Shown: positions 28,658 to 61,699, numbered from the stretch's first letter. The stretch is 64,000 bases of DNA from the human T2T-CHM13v2.0 reference genome, Homo sapiens (GCF_009914755.1 NC_060943.1); one strand, 5' to 3'. The notes: generated from the letters alone by a model not told the origin. A program made the numbers and translations.

Positions 28658-30289
28658 AATTGTCTCATTATTAAGATGGCTTCTAAAGTGATTCATTTTT
28701 GTGACACATAATAAGTGTTAGCTGAGGTCTAGCTGTATGGTGAAAAGGGCTGATGAAAAATGTCTACAGAGAGGACAGTCAACTTATATTAACTGTGAGT
28801 TATACTAGGAGCTATACTTAATTCATTTAGACTTTATTTGGTCAGCTTTTTTTATATTTCAAAAAAAGAACATTTTTAAAAAATTAAGTCTTTTTAAATA
28901 TATATTCTGCTCAAATCACCATTTCCTTTTTTTCTGATGAAAAGGAATTTTTCATGATCTTTCAGGGATTATATTTTCTTTCACCTTCTATCTGCATTCT
29001 CTTTCTTCAGCTAATTGATTAAAAAAGAGATGCAAAGAAGACACATTTGCTTCTCATCCACACATCACTTCCACTTGCTATTAGTCATTGTGAGTAGAGC
29101 TGAGAAAAGCAGTTTTCTAGCATGACAGCAACTTCTCAGAAATAAACAACACTCGGAAACAAAACTATAAATCTTTTCAAAAGCTAATGTATTTTAAGCA
29201 AAATAAGCAGATGCATCAATAATAAAATGCTTGTGGTAGAATCGATTTGTTGATTTCAATTGAGTTCAGATAAGATTTGACCAAAATCTAGCAAATATAG
29301 AGCAGAAAAAGGAATATTATCTGAAATAAGGATATTGTAAATAAAGTTAATTTGTCAATAGAAACAATAATATTATGACCTCATGATAATAGTCTCATCT
29401 ACGGTTATAAAACATCAAATGCTACTTTTTATTATAAACTGTATTTCACATAAGTATTCTATTTATATCATCCTCTTTCACTATTTGAATGCCTTCTCCA
29501 CTTTATATCAGTGGAAAGCAGGCCAGCTGCTTCCAGGAAAGCAGGCAATGCTCTTCTTACTTTAACAATGATGATGAAGAGCACTTGTTTTGGTGATACT
29601 CCTGTGCCAAAAACTGTTATTTTGCCTGAAGTACTGGTTTTCTATTTTTCTCTATATTAGTAAAATAAAATTCTTAACCAAGAGGAATTTATCTCATCCA
29701 AGCTTTATGGAATTTTGTTTACATTTAGGTGTCTCTGACTTTCCTGGAATATTGAAATTTTTATGAATCTAAATTGAGTACTATAAATAAACAATCTTTT
29801 ACTAAAAGACTTTTTGAAGTTGGAGTGATATTTATAAAAACTTTTCATAACATTGAAGAAATGTTTTAACCATGTTCCCAGTAATTACTCTGAACATAGA
29901 ATTTTCCATTTTTAGTATTCGCTCTGAATCACACAGGGGAAATTGATATCTTTACGAATGGGCAAAAAAAGGTGCTGAGTGGAGGTGCAACACATTGCAC
30001 ATCAATGCTTTTCACATGCACCTATTAGGGTCTTAATTTAATTGAACTGTCATTTGCATAGCTAGACACTTATTGAATCTAGTCATACTATTTTTTAGCA
30101 ACTAATGCCATGTTTGTTACCCTTTAGTTTTATACACTTATTTGCTTGGCTGAAAAAAATAAGTCTTCTCTTAATTTACTCTAAATTGAGAGACTAGATT
30201 TACAGTCTGGGGCTATAATAGTAGTTGAATGTTTTTAATAGTATTATTGGCAAATGTTCAATTCACATTCAGAATGGATATAAACTTTA

Positions 30290-30575
30290 TGAAAAGATAG
30301 GGAGCTGACAAAGAGTAAAAAATTTCAAATAGGTTAAGTAAGTTTTGAGACCTATTGCACAGCAGGGTAACTATAGTAAACTATAAAGTATTGCATATTT
30401 CAAAATAACTAAGAGTAAATTTCAAATGTACCACCACAAAAATGATAGGTGAGTTCATAGATATGTTACTAAACAAAACTTAATTATTCCATATTTTATA
30501 CATATACTAAAACATCACACTGTATGCCATAAATATGTGCAACTGTGATTTACCAATCAAAAATACTACTAATAC
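30290..30575 (+). mobile_element. Old L1MA/MB 3' end
   Basis: GAGACCTATTGCACAGCAGGGTAACTATAGT...ATATTTCAAAATAACTAAGAG...AAAACATCACACTGTA. Confidence 0.75.
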
Positions 30576-32539
30576 TTTTTTTATAAGAGAGAGTGAAGTA
30601 AGATTTAAGATATTGCACCAGAGAAAAATGTGGTTGTTCATCTTAAAATTTTAGGAAACATACACATATATACATTTTATTTCAAATGGCTTGCTCATTT
30701 ATAGATGTAGGTAAGTAAACTTTAAATATCATGAACAGTCAGAACCCAGCACTCAGAAATAGACTTGATTTTTAATGTTCAAAATAATATAATACTTTGA
30801 AAGACAGACTCTAAAGCAACTGTTTAGAGTAAAATTCTCTCTAAATTTTTAAATAAATGATTTCCTTCACTTGTTAGAAAAAAATTTTAATATATATTTT
30901 TAAACTATACTGAAATTTATCAAATTAACATAAAAGTATTAAACAAGTAAACAAAAAACAATATGTCTTCTTCTCTCTAATGAAAAAACTGACAGACACT
31001 CCGCATTTAACCAAATACTTTGGTAAATGGATTCTAACAATGATATCTCTCATGACTTAAAACAGCCACTAGTTTTAATTTAGAATTATATTAAATTTTT
31101 ATATTAAAATCTAGGATTAGCTTATTATTACATAGAAAATTTGTGGTCTGCATGTACATCATCATCCATTGAGTGGTCTATAGTTTCTGAGTTTCAGAAA
31201 TGCTAATATAAGAATACTTCTTCCAATTGAATAATTTAAGTTTTCTCAGTGACTAAAAAAGATTGGAATTACTGATCACTCACTTACAATGGGGTTTTAA
31301 ATGTTATTTAATGAAGATATATAAAGTTTCTTTTAAAAATCATTCTAACAACATTTCTTTTGCTTTTTCACTTTTGTTAGAAAATAAGTACGAAAATTTA
31401 TGTTACTACAAGCCTATAAATTTTATTTAAATCTAGACATAATGCTAATCTTAAAAGATCTGTATGTTTAAGATTATGGATACTCTATTTACACTTAGAA
31501 GATAAATAACTGCTTTCCAGTAAATCAAATGAGGCAATTTTGACTGTCAATTATAAGCTATTAAAATATTAATACTATCACCTGGTAGAAATTTTAGGTG
31601 TCTGTATGTTCAGGTTTTTTAGCATATAATAAATCAGAAACTATAAATTTTTAGAAACTATAAATAATACACTAAAATAAAGTATCACTTTCGTTTTGTC
31701 AGTTTTGAAATACTGTCATTTCTAGATGATATAACAATTACAGAGGCTGTGGCTGTTGAAATTAGAAATGTCATGGTTCATTCTTCTTTACTTGCTGCCT
31801 TTTCATTTCACACAAACACAGCAGCACAAGGAAGGCAAGAAATGCCACACCTTGATTGAAAACATGCCAGTGCCCATCTAGGGAGAATAAATGTCTGAGC
31901 ATATTCACTTGAAATTCATGGCATCTTTTGTTCAACTACAGACTTTCATATGGAAATTAATAAAGAAAAGAATTTCACACTGCAATAGCGTAAGAAAAGT
32001 ACTCTAAAAATACCTTCTGACCCATTATTTCTATTTTTCACAAGAATGATTGTGATGGAATGAGCATTTGCAGCACTGTGGTCTTAAATAACCCCCACTT
32101 TCTGTTGAATTATTTTTGGAATACAACCATAAGACTTTTGTGCTTTTTTTTTTAGAAAAAATGTTTTATATTTCTAATTCAGTAATTTAGCATAATTTTT
32201 AGTCTCACCCTTTCACAAATAGTTCATTCTGAAAAAAAAAATGATTAATCCAATTACATTTTCCCCCAAAAGAGTACAGTAACAAATTAAGTCTATAGTC
32301 TAGTGTACAGTTAATACATAAATAATAAAGGTGTAATTTGTTTTACTTGCACACTTGAAAATAAAACACTTTTTGGGCTATAGACTAAGAAATTTCAGGT
32401 TAGCTTATAAAATGTGAGGAGACCTGGTATAGAAACATTCACCACCATGCCTTAAGGGGTGAAAAATTTGTCTTTCACCCCTAATTTCAACTATTAACCC
32501 AGCACTGGAAAAATAGAACATGTCATTATACCAAAAAAC

Positions 32540-35333
32540 ATTTTATTATTTTTATTTTATATTTAAGGTACATGTGCAGATTTGTAAAACAGGTAGACTA
32601 CATGATGTTGAGGTTTGGATACTTAATAATTCCATTGCCCAAGTAGTGTACATCATACCTAAGCAGATTTTCAATGCTTGTCTCCCATCCTTCCTCCTTC
32701 TTTTTAGAATTCTCAGTGTTTATTGTTTTCATCTTTGTTTCCATGTGCGCCCAATTTTTAGCATCCATGTATGAGTGAGAACATGTGGCATTTGTTTTTC
32801 TGATGCAATAATTTGCTTAGAATGGCCTGAAGCAGAGCTGCATTCATGTTGCTGCAAAAGACGTTACTTCATTCTCTTCTGTTGCTGCATAGTATTGGAG
32901 GTTGTATAAGTACATCATTTTTCTTATCCAATAAAAGATTCATGGGTAACTGGTTAAATTCTGTTTTTGCTATTGTGAATAGTGCTGCAATGAACATGTG
33001 AGTGCTGGTGTCTCTTTGGCAAAATTATTTATTCTTTTTGGGGGCAGATATCCAGTAATCGGCTTGATTGGTCAAATGGCAATTCTGTTTCTAGTTCTTT
33101 GAGAAGTCCCCAAACTGCTTTGCACAGGTTCTGAATTAATTTGCATTCCCACCAACAGTGTAGAAAGATTTCCTTATCTCTACAACTTCAACATCTTATT
33201 TATCTTACTTTTAATAAGTCATTCTTACTGGTATGAAATAGTATCACACTGTCACTTTGATTTACATCTTTCTGATAATTAGGAACGTTGAGCAATTTTT
33301 ACATGTTTATTGGCAGCTCTTATGTCTTCCTTTGAGAAGAAGCTGGCTATTCATATCATGTTTGCTTTTTTATTAAATGTATTATAGATTCTGTACATTA
33401 ATCCTTCATTGTCTGCAGTTTGCAAATATTTTATTTCATACTGTAGGTCATCTGTTTACTTTGCTGATAGTTTCTTTTACTGTGCAGAAGCTCTTTGGCT
33501 TAGATGCCATTTTTTATTTTTATTTTTGTTGCACTCATGTTAGATGTTAGTCATAAATTCTTTACAGAGGCCAGTATTATCTAAGTGTTATTCTAAGATT
33601 TTTGTAGCTTGGAGACTCACAGATCAAGTCTTTAATCTATATTGAGTTGTTTTTTTTTTATAGAAAAAGGTAGTACAGTTTTCTTCCACATATGACTAAC
33701 CAGTTTTCCCAGTATTACTTACTAAATAGGGAGTTAATTCCCCTTTTGTTTATTTCTGTTGGCTTTGTAAAAATAACCTGATTGCAAAGTATAGCTTAAT
33801 TCAGTACTCTCTCTTCCATTTCATTGGTCTAGATGTTTATTTTTGTACCAGAACCATGTTATACTGGTTATTCTGATGCAATCTTGGCTCACTGCAACCT
33901 CCACCTCCCAGGCTCAAATGGTTCTCTTTCCTCAGCCTCCCAAGTAGCTGGGATTACAGGCATGCACCACCACACCTGGCTAATTTTTTATATTTAGTAG
34001 AGATGCAGGTTTCACCATGTTGGCCAGGCTGGTCTCAAACTTCTGACCTCAGGTGATCCATCCATCTCAGCCTCCCAAAGGGCTGAGATGACAGGCATGA
34101 GCCACCATGCTTGGCCCAGATTTATTCTTTTAGTCTGAAGTTTTCTTGGCTATTTGAGCTCTTTAATTCTTTTGAATGTATTTTAGAATAGTTTTCTTTT
34201 TCTAATTCAATAAAAATCGTCATGGATAGTCTGATAAAAATAGCACTTAATCTGTAGGTTGCTTTAGGCAGAATGACCATTTTAATTATATTATTTGAAT
34301 CCATGAGCAATATTTTTCCATTTATTTGCATTGTCTCTCGTTTCTTTCAGCAATGTTTTGTTGTTCTTTGTAGAGATATTTTACCCCCTTGATTTAATGT
34401 ATTTCTAGGTATTTTTTTGTGTGTTTGTTGCTATTGTAAATAGAGCTGTGTTTTTTATTTTGTTCTCAGTTTGAATATTATTGGTGTACAGAAATGTTAT
34501 GCATTTGTGCTGATTTTGTATTCTAAGATTTTTTTTGAAGTCTTTTTCCAGGCTTAGAACTCTTTCGGTGAAACCTTTAAAGTATTCTAGGTGGACAATT
34601 CTTTCATCAGTAAAGATAATTTGACTTTCTTTGTTTTCTGTTTGGATTCCTTTTATTCTCTGGCTAGGATTTCATAACTTCAATAGGACTGTTTAGAATG
34701 GATATTCTTATTTTTATTCTCATGGAGAATGCTTCCAGTTTTTGCTCTTTTAGTATGATGTTGGCTAAGGATTTGTCATAGATGACTCTTATTAAGATAT
34801 TTTCATCAATGTCCAGTGTGTTGACAACATTTTTGAGTTAATATTGGGTTTTCTTGAATGCTTTTTCTGCCCCTACTGTTATTTTTTTTTCTTTTAATTA
34901 TCTTTACATGGTGAATCACACTTATTGACTTCCATATCATGAAACACCTTCATATATATGGAAAAGCTCACATGAATGTAGCAAAATAACTTTCTGATTT
35001 GCTTTTGAATTCAGTTTGCTAGTATTTCATGGAGGATTATTATTCCAATATTCACCCAGAATATTGACCTGTACTTTCCTTTTTTTGTGGTGCCTTCACT
35101 AGATTTTAGTTTCATATATTTCACTGATTTAATATAACAAGTTAGGGTGAAATCCCACCTTGATTTTTTCGAATGCATTCAGTAGGCTTAGGTAAAACTC
35201 TTTGTATATGTGGTAAAACTTCGCTGTGATTTCATATGATCCAGGGCTTTTTATGGTTAGTAGGTTTATTATTACTTATACAATGTCATTATACATTTTA
35301 TACATTTTTGCTCTGCTAAAGACTTCTGTTATT
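32540..35333 (-). mobile_element. Old L1 (L1PB/L1MA) 3' portion, interrupted by an Alu; same orientation as ZNF208
   Basis: GTACATGTGCAGATTTGT 3' end; ORF2-like translation NIIKMVILPKATYRLSAI...ELEK at 34122-34331. Confidence 0.8.
33876..34118 (-). mobile_element. AluS, tail missing
   Basis: CTTGGCTCACTGCAACCTCC...GACCTCAGGTGATCC...GAGCCACCATG. Confidence 0.88.
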
Positions 35334-35548
35334 AGGCCAGGCACTGTGGCTCATGCCTGCAATCCCAGGACTTTGGGTGGCCAAGGTGGGCATATCATGA
35401 GGTCAGGAGATAGAGACCGTCCTGGCTAATATGGTGAAACCCCATCTGTACTAAAAATACAAAAAATTAGCTGGGAGTGGCGGCGGGCGCCTGTAGTCCC
35501 AGCTAATTGGGAGGCTGAGGTGGGAGAATGGCATGAACCTGGAAGCTA
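35334..35548 (+). mobile_element. AluY-like, 3'-truncated
   Basis: GGTCAGGAGATAGAGACCGTCCTGGCTAA, GGCGGGCGCCTGTAGTCCC, AGAATGGCATGAACC; stops mid right arm. Confidence 0.85.
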
Positions 35549-35551
35549 GAC

Positions 35552-35709
35552 CTTGGCTAATTTCTTTATTTCTTTTTAGTAAACATGTTTAGTAAACATT
35601 TCTTTTTAGTTCCACTATGTTGGCAAGGCTGGTCTTGAACTCCTGACCTCAGGTGATCTGCCCACCTTGGCATCACAAAGTATTGGCCACAGTAAGCCAA
35701 TGTGTCTGG
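35552..35709 (-). mobile_element. Alu left arm, inverted and abutting the preceding Alu
   Basis: TGGCTAATTT...GCTGGTCTTGAACTCCTGACCTCAGGTGATCTGCCCACCTTGGC. Confidence 0.8.
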
Positions 35710-36279
35710 AAAAAAAAAAATCTGTGTTTTGAAGAAAAAAGTATACTTTAAATTTAATTATAACTCTTCAAAGATCTACTTCTTTTAAAGTTATATACAA
35801 ATAATTCTTCCTTTTGCCAACTTTAGTTTTGGATTTTTTCCTATACTCAGCAGTCTGATTTAGTGTAATATCTGAAGTTTGAGTGACAGGTATTTCTACT
35901 GTGAATTAGCTGATATTTACATAAACTTAATTTTGGATTAAATATTTTTTATATTTACTGTATCTGCAAAAACATATTTTAGTATAAACGCATTTGTGTT
36001 TTATAATCTGTAGTTTTTGAAAAAATGTTTTTCCAAATTTATTAAATTTGCAGGGTTATTCTTCAATATAAATTCCCTGATGTTGAGCAAAGTTGGAACA
36101 ACTACCTCAGGTTTTCCTGTAGTACAAAATGTGTACAATAAAATCTGTGATACAAATACATGTACTACAACCCTCAATATTTATAATGTGTTTCCTCAAA
36201 ATAAATATTCTTCTGTACTTTAACAGCTTTTATTTTCTGAAAGATCTAGTGACAGTGATTGCACTTTTAATACTTTTAT

Positions 36280-41306
<5,027 letters not shown>

Positions 41307-42996
41307 CTATAAAATTATTCAAACTACATAAGCAAGATGACACTGCAATATGACACAGGCCCTAATTCTTCATAGACATATAAATCTAATAAAAACATAT
41401 AGACCGAAATACATATGTGGATAATTTATACATGAGTTAAGTGTGTGCAGTGCCTGAATTAAGCTGAATGCAGAGTCACACAGAAAAAAAGAAAAGTTTG
41501 TTAAATTTACCCAGTACGACTCTTTCTGTTCCTCAATATTACCTAGTACCTTCAGAACTAAATTGTCAACTTCTGTTTGTGTTTTTTTGTTTTGTTTTGT
41601 TTTGTTCTGTTTTTAAGGAAAGTAAAATATTGGCACAAAAAATTTAATTTATGTCTTCTACAGCCCTTTCCACACACTGGTTTCTGTCTCCCATGACATA
41701 AAATGCTGAAAGATATGGTGGTATACTTAGAAATGACAGTTTGAGTCTGCTGAGACCAAAGGTAAATGCACTGCAGCAGAGCACTGCAGTCCTACAGAGA
41801 GAGACCAGATGTACCAAGTGATTACTTTTCAGAAGAAAGATAAATAATCTCTCTCAACTAAAAGTAAATGCAAAACTTCAGACAAGAAATCTGAAGATGT
41901 TTGAGAGGCCCACATAATCTTAACCAAGACCATTGTTTTCTGACTATGCCAGGACAAAGCTACATTATAAATTTTGTGACAGGTAGCCTTTTTAAATGTC
42001 CAAATCTCAAAGATTAAAATCTATACAAAATAGGGCAATATAATTCCATCAAAAATATTATACAATTTTCAGAAAGAACCCATTAGCAATGGATATACTA
42101 ATTTTAAAAACTGAATAACACTCAATGAGTGAAATAGGAACACAAAAGTGTATAGAAAATCAGAAAAATGAGGATAAGAACAAAAATGACCAGTGAAATG
42201 TCAACAAAAGATTTGCAGTCCAGAAGAAAACTGTGTGATATAGTCAAAGTCCAAAAAAAAAAAAAAAAAAAAAAAAAGGCTATCAAGTGAGAATAATACC
42301 ATCAGCAACTCTGTCCTGCCTAATGGGGGAAAAAAAAAACTTTCAAAATAACTAAATTCTTAAGAAGTATATTAGCACTGCATATGTCTTCCATAAGAAA
42401 GATGCCGAAAGCAGTTTTTACCACTGAAAATAACATAATGTAAGAAAACAACACCTAATCATATAAAAATACATTATTTTCTAGGAAAGACATGCACAGA
42501 CAAAAAATTGAATTTCTAGCATTATTCTAATGGTGCAGAAAACATTTTTAATTATTCTCTAACATTTAAGAGATAAAAGCATAGGAATTATTATAAACAT
42601 CTGTTAATGAATATATGACATAAATCAATAAACTTAGCAACATCGGTGACAAATTTAAGAGCAGACATAATAGGGAAGAATTTTTTATGCAACCAAAGTT
42701 AATTTTTCACCTGATTAAAATATATTGTTGTATTTTTAGGTTCTATGCAATCCCCAAGGTACCACACACACAAAATATCTGTATACATACAGAAAAGAAA
42801 ACTAAGATAGTGAAAGCATATCCATACAAAAATCAGACAGAAACAAAGGAAGACAGAAAGAGAAAATGAGAGACAAGATGCAAGAATCAAATAGAATAGG
42901 TAATAAAAGTAACTCCTTCACTTTCAGAAAATTATTTAAATATATGGAAAGTTAACTTTCAAATCAACAGATATCTAATAGATTTATTAACATTTA

Positions 42997-43299
<303 letters not shown>

Positions 43300-43699
43300 T
43301 AAATATCAAGATCCAACTTGCCTTTCTACAAGAGTCAGTTGAAACCTAATGTTAAAAAGACTCAAAGTGGCAAGATGGAAGTAGACATTTCATGCAAATA
43401 TTAATCAAATGAGAGCAGAAGAGGTCAAAATAATATTACACAAGCTAAATCTTAAGTCAAAGACTCATATTTTATAAAATGCACTTTACAGTGAAACTCC
43501 AAAGAGACAAAGAAAGATATTAAAAATAATGGATTAACTCAGAACCTGTGAAAACGTTGAATACGTGTGTGTGTGTATCACACATTAGGATTACAAATAC
43601 AGAAAGCAAATACTGACAGAATAGAAGAAACACAAGGAGAGCAATACAATTATAGTAGGATATTATTACACCACACTTTCTGTAATAAAAATCAAAATA

Positions 43700-50439
<6,740 letters not shown>

Positions 50440-50710
50440 AAAAAACAGAATATTAATAAGGAAACAGGCTACATAAAGATGGTATAAAACAACTATTTCT
50501 GACAGAGGTATAGAGAGCACTCCTTAACATCAGGATACACACCCTTCTGAATAGCTCATACAATATATTTCTTGATAGACCACCTCTTAAGCCAAAAAAG
50601 AAGTCTTACCAAGTTTTTTAAAACTGAAATTTTATAAATTATTTTCTGTGACTAAACTTGAATGCCAGTATACAACAAAAATAGAAAAAAACTGAAAACA
50701 AAACAAATAT

Positions 50711-53330
<2,620 letters not shown>

Positions 53331-53647
53331 TAAAATCATGCAGATATCTGTGTGTCCACAAAAACAAACAAACAAAAAGATTGTGCACTCTCTTGTATGC
53401 CATGAACGGTACTTTGGCTGTCACTGTAAACTTGAAGGAAGATTACTGAAGGGAAAGAAGAATTCTTAGAAATTTTAAAAGTGTAAGACCGAAGATGCCC
53501 CTGTGTGAGAGAAAATTAAAGAATAAAAATAAAAATTAGTCTCTCCAGAAACTACTTCTTTTGGAACACAGCTTCCAGAATCACTTTAAGGACTGGCTTC
53601 CTCCTTGACTTTCGACCTCTCATCCATGTTGTCTGTATTCACTCTCA

Positions 53648-53782
<135 letters not shown>

Positions 53783-53877
53783 TCATATTCTCCAATTACC
53801 AACTCAGTAATGTGCTCAGTAAAGAGGATGTAATAGAATATTCTAATAGATTTATCCCAAAATACTAAATTATAATA

Positions 53878-54457
53878 AGTTGGGAAAAAGGCTTATGGGG
53901 TGCCTGTATAAGCTGGCCATAAAAATATGGGACAATATGTTGTGGAAAGCCACAGGAGGCCTCCGAGGAGGAAAGCCTCCTTACTGCCATCACGTTCCCA
54001 TGACCAGAGCGTGACCTGCTCTCTTACTTATAAACACTGTGCTCAAGGAGAAAGATACTCCTTTGAAGCACTGGAATGTGGCCAGATATGCAGGCTCCTA
54101 GTTAGGCCCACCCCCCAACAGCTGCTCTCCGGTAAGTTAAAGAATGAATCAGTAGTTAAGTTTATTCTGCTTCAGCACAAAGAAAATTTGCCTAAACCAC
54201 CACTGCTATAGATTAGGTGTATGACACACTACCTCCCTTTCACCATTTCACCCCTGAACATCTGCTTCTTAGATCTAAGTGATTATACTCAATAAATACT
54301 GTGGAGACCAGAACTTGATGCCTTTTGCAGCCTCCAAAAGTGCAACTGGTCCCCTGGCACCCCACCCTTTGTGCACTCTTAACCTGTCTCTTCTCATTCC
54401 TTCGTCGCCACCGGACTTTCTGTACCCTACAGGTGGTATTGAAGCTGGTCCCCAACA
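53878..54457 (+). mobile_element. LTR14-family (LTR14C-like, HERV-K class) solo LTR
   Basis: GTTGGGAAAAAGGCTTATGGGGTGCCTGTATAAGCTGGCCATAAAAATATGGG ... GCTGGTCCCCAACA; 580 bp; TSD ATAATA/ATAACA. Confidence 0.85.
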
Positions 54458-54739
54458 ATAACAGAAATTTCTAAATATTTAGAAAATTCTCTAATTTTGT
54501 AGGTTCTTAATTTTATCACCTAGTAATACTGAATTAAAAATTGGTGGTTGCCAGTAAACTTTTGAAATTACCATTAATCTAAAGTGAAGGACACAGATCA
54601 GCTCAAGAATGTGGTAAGTTCAGGTCAAGATGAAACATCTTGAATTTTTTTTCTATATGGAAAAACTCCTATGATTTTCTTGAAAATAGAAATCTGAAAG
54701 CATAAATTACCAAAAAGAAATTATACAAAAAAGAAATGG

Positions 54740-55445
<706 letters not shown>

Positions 55446-55512
55446 TTATAAGCATGACTGAAATTATTCAATAAAATAATTTTTAACACAAATATTCTCT
55501 AACATATTCTCT

Positions 55513-57800
<2,288 letters not shown>

Positions 57801-57886
57801 CTAGATAATAAAGTATAAACTGAGGGCATAAACACTAACATGTACAATTTTGAGTGCTATACTTACATCATACAGAATTAATTGTG

Positions 57887-58187
<301 letters not shown>

Positions 58188-61100
58188 GAATCAATTGCAT
58201 TTTTCAAATGGAAAGACATAGTTTTGTGTATTATTCAGATGGAATAGATGTGTTGAGTTAGAAGGTATCACTCAAATTTTAATGTGTACAACAAGCTAGA
58301 GATCCTGTTAATGCAGATTTTTTTTTTCCAGAAGATCTGAGATAAAGTCTGAGTTACTGAATTTCTAATAAGCTCATCAGTATGCCAAAGTTTTTGGCCC
58401 AAAAAGACTATTTTGTCAAATATCCAGTAATTGAATGAGCCTGTGTTTTTCTCAGTTTTTCTGGTTTGTAAACAAAGATGAGAGGTTTCATTTTCCAGAA
58501 ACAGACAAATGGAAAGGAAACCTAAGAAAGAAGGGCAGCAGCCAGATTAAATGTGTTGGTTTATTCACATCAGCTGCATAAAGATACTTGATGATGAAGA
58601 GAAAAATAATTAATTCTATAGTGAAAAAATGTGTCAGAAAGCTTATCAACCAAGTGATTTATTAACATCAACTACACTAGAACACATTTTTATAATGTCC
58701 TGATGCACCCAGAAGGACGCAGCATTACTGCTGAGATATTGCCCCCTGAAAGGTAAATTATAGTCTGAGTTTAACCATAAGGAAACATTAGTTTTATGGA
58801 AAGTTCAAGATACAGATATCTCCCATGTTCTGTAATTTTTAGTAGTGATTTTAAATAGTCTTTCTTTAGCACTGTAGAAAGCGGGTATCTCCTAACAATT
58901 TTTAAAGAATTTTCTGGGTAATAAATACCATACTGCTTCAATGAGTGTTTTCTTATCCTGTACTGCAGAGACATAATAAAGAACACAGATGAAACCACAA
59001 CATTATATGTTCTGTCTTCACTAAAAACCCCAGGTTTTCCCCAATAGGAATTTTGAGTGTCTACATCTTCCCATGTTCCACAGCCACAAAGGGACATTTT
59101 TAATATTGCAGATTATAAATTCATAGTGAGATTTCTGCATGGCATAGAAGAAGCCGTAATATAGAGAAGGCTCTGGTATACAGAAAAAATAGATATTTTT
59201 CAGAGACTTTGATTATTGTCAGAATTTTTTCAAATAGTTAAGACAAACTCATTAGGGAGGAAAAACACAAATACAGAAGTACAGGTTTGCAAGTACTAAA
59301 CACATGTTTTCTGGAGGAAGCAGACTGGACACAGATCTTGATCTGAGACATGTTTAGCTGAAAAAGAAAAGGCCATTTTTTTCTCCTTCTCCTCCTTCTC
59401 TAGGATTCTTTCTCAAATAAAATTTTCTAGACAAATTACACCTGCATCTTGAGAATATGCCTTTAAAAGTGTCAGCACCACAGGTCTACCTGCTGTCACC
59501 ACATCCACAGGCAGAAGGACCAAGACAGAAAAACTCCATCCATTTCTGTCCTTTATAGCCGAAGAGATTAACAAAGAGTAGCTCCACAGAGATAAAAATA
59601 TGCTTTTCTTTATTTTGTCCTCAGGAGCCATCCCCTGACACAGGCACCAGCAATTTCTGCCACAGTAATGGAAATATGGGCCACGCTGTACTGTCCCTAC
59701 CAAATCCAAACAGAATTAGGTTCTTGGACCACCCTTTAATGCAAAGATGGAACTTAACTCTCATGAATGTATTTTGAATTCCTCATACTTGATTCTGGCC
59801 TCACCTTAGAGTCACATGAGCCACTTAATTAAAACAACATGGATGCTTCCACCAAGAACAATAAACAGAATCCATGGACAGGGCACAAGTAAAAAGAGTT
59901 CTGCAAAATGGCCAAGTGATACTAATTAGAAGCCTGGGCTGATAACTCCTTAAGTAAGCATTTCCTCTCAAGCTCTAATGAGCTTATAAAATCACTTGGT
60001 AATTTTGGCCCCACTCTATGAAATGTAATTCTGCAGGTATGGAAAGGGTCCATAAATGGGTCTTTTAAACAAATGCCCTGTCAATAATGATGTTGCTCCC
60101 ACTGGGCTTATTATTAGCATTAGTCAGAGAAATGAGGCACAATGCAGAGTCCCTTACACGCAGCACTCTTGTCAAAACACAAATACTTCTGGTACAAATG
60201 AAGACAATCATTCTTCATCCTAAAGTATTATATTCTTTGCTGACTCTTTAAAGTTTGCAGAGGAAAAAAAAAAGCAGCAATTTCTGAGTAAGTCTGCATT
60301 TGGAAAACAACATGTGCACATGTACTACTACAATGTTTATTAAGCAGGTACTATGTGCTCAATAGGAAGTTACAGAGCACTGTGATAGCACATTATGTGA
60401 TTTAATCCTAATAACACCCTTTCAGTTGATACTAAGTGTTCAATAATTCCAAGGCTTTAAAGGACCCAGCATTTTTATTTCTATTTCTGTTTAACTGTCA
60501 TTGATTTTTTCAAAAAATGTATAGAACAAAAGCTAAATATAGACAGATGAAAGGGATACAGATGGAAAGAGTTTAATGCAATTTAGATACATTTTTATTG
60601 TGTTTATATTTACTTTCTTGTGACTTGTGAATCAACTACTAGATCTGGAGGAACAGAAAACAAGCTGCTAAATAAAGTCTCTTCAAGCACTGGTTTTAAT
60701 AAAAAATTTGAAAAGTAAGATCCTGTAATACATACTTTATATTTCCCATTTATCTGCTTTTAAGTTTCAGAAAATGTTGAACACCAGCTCTAAAAAGGCA
60801 ACAGGATTCATGACCCAAAACTCTGATCTCTTCTAATCGGTTCTTTCAGGCAAGACTCCAGGGTAGGGCCAGACATAAATAAGGCCTCCAAAAAAGGGTG
60901 AATATGAACAGGGCTGGGGCAGAGTGTAGAGCCGATGTACAATTCTGTTCTCTATGCCACTGGGGGGTACTGTCAGTTCTTTTTTTTAAGCTTACTTAAG
61001 TAAACTTAAATCCGAGTTTGTATAATTTTAATCTTTTTTAGCCACTGCCCTGTAAATTTTATATTACATACTAATAAGCAATTCAAAAAAAAATCCCTTA

Positions 61101-61360
61101 AGGTTTTCTAGAATAATTTTTTTAGAAGAAAAATAAGTATTCTTAGCAGGGTAAAAGAAATACAAATAATAATAATGACTCTTCCGTTTATAAGTTCAGG
61201 TGTAGACATCAGAAACCACAATATAAAGAAAGTGGCTCAAATAAAGCCCAAGTTGTTTTTTGTACATATCTATTTATTGTACCCACCATATGATCCATAA
61301 TTCAACCATTTTTCCAGTTGCTAGTCTAGACTACAACTTCCAGGATGGTAGCAATCATGA

Positions 61361-61699
<339 letters not shown>

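Larger units (their letters stand above)
26967..32500 (+). pseudogene. Putative processed retrocopy of an unidentified spliced RNA (short 5' exons including THE1- and Tigger-derived ones, long AT-rich last exon); right boundary uncertain
   Basis: Abrupt switch out of L1M at ~26967; 72-bp THE1/MST piece 27156-27227 and 65-bp Tigger3-like piece 27338-27402 embedded without their flanks. Confidence 0.5.

Noticed and set aside
59413-59709. Cryptic exon ending ATGCAG|GTGTAA in frame with KRAB-A
   Set aside because: Weak donor and no other support
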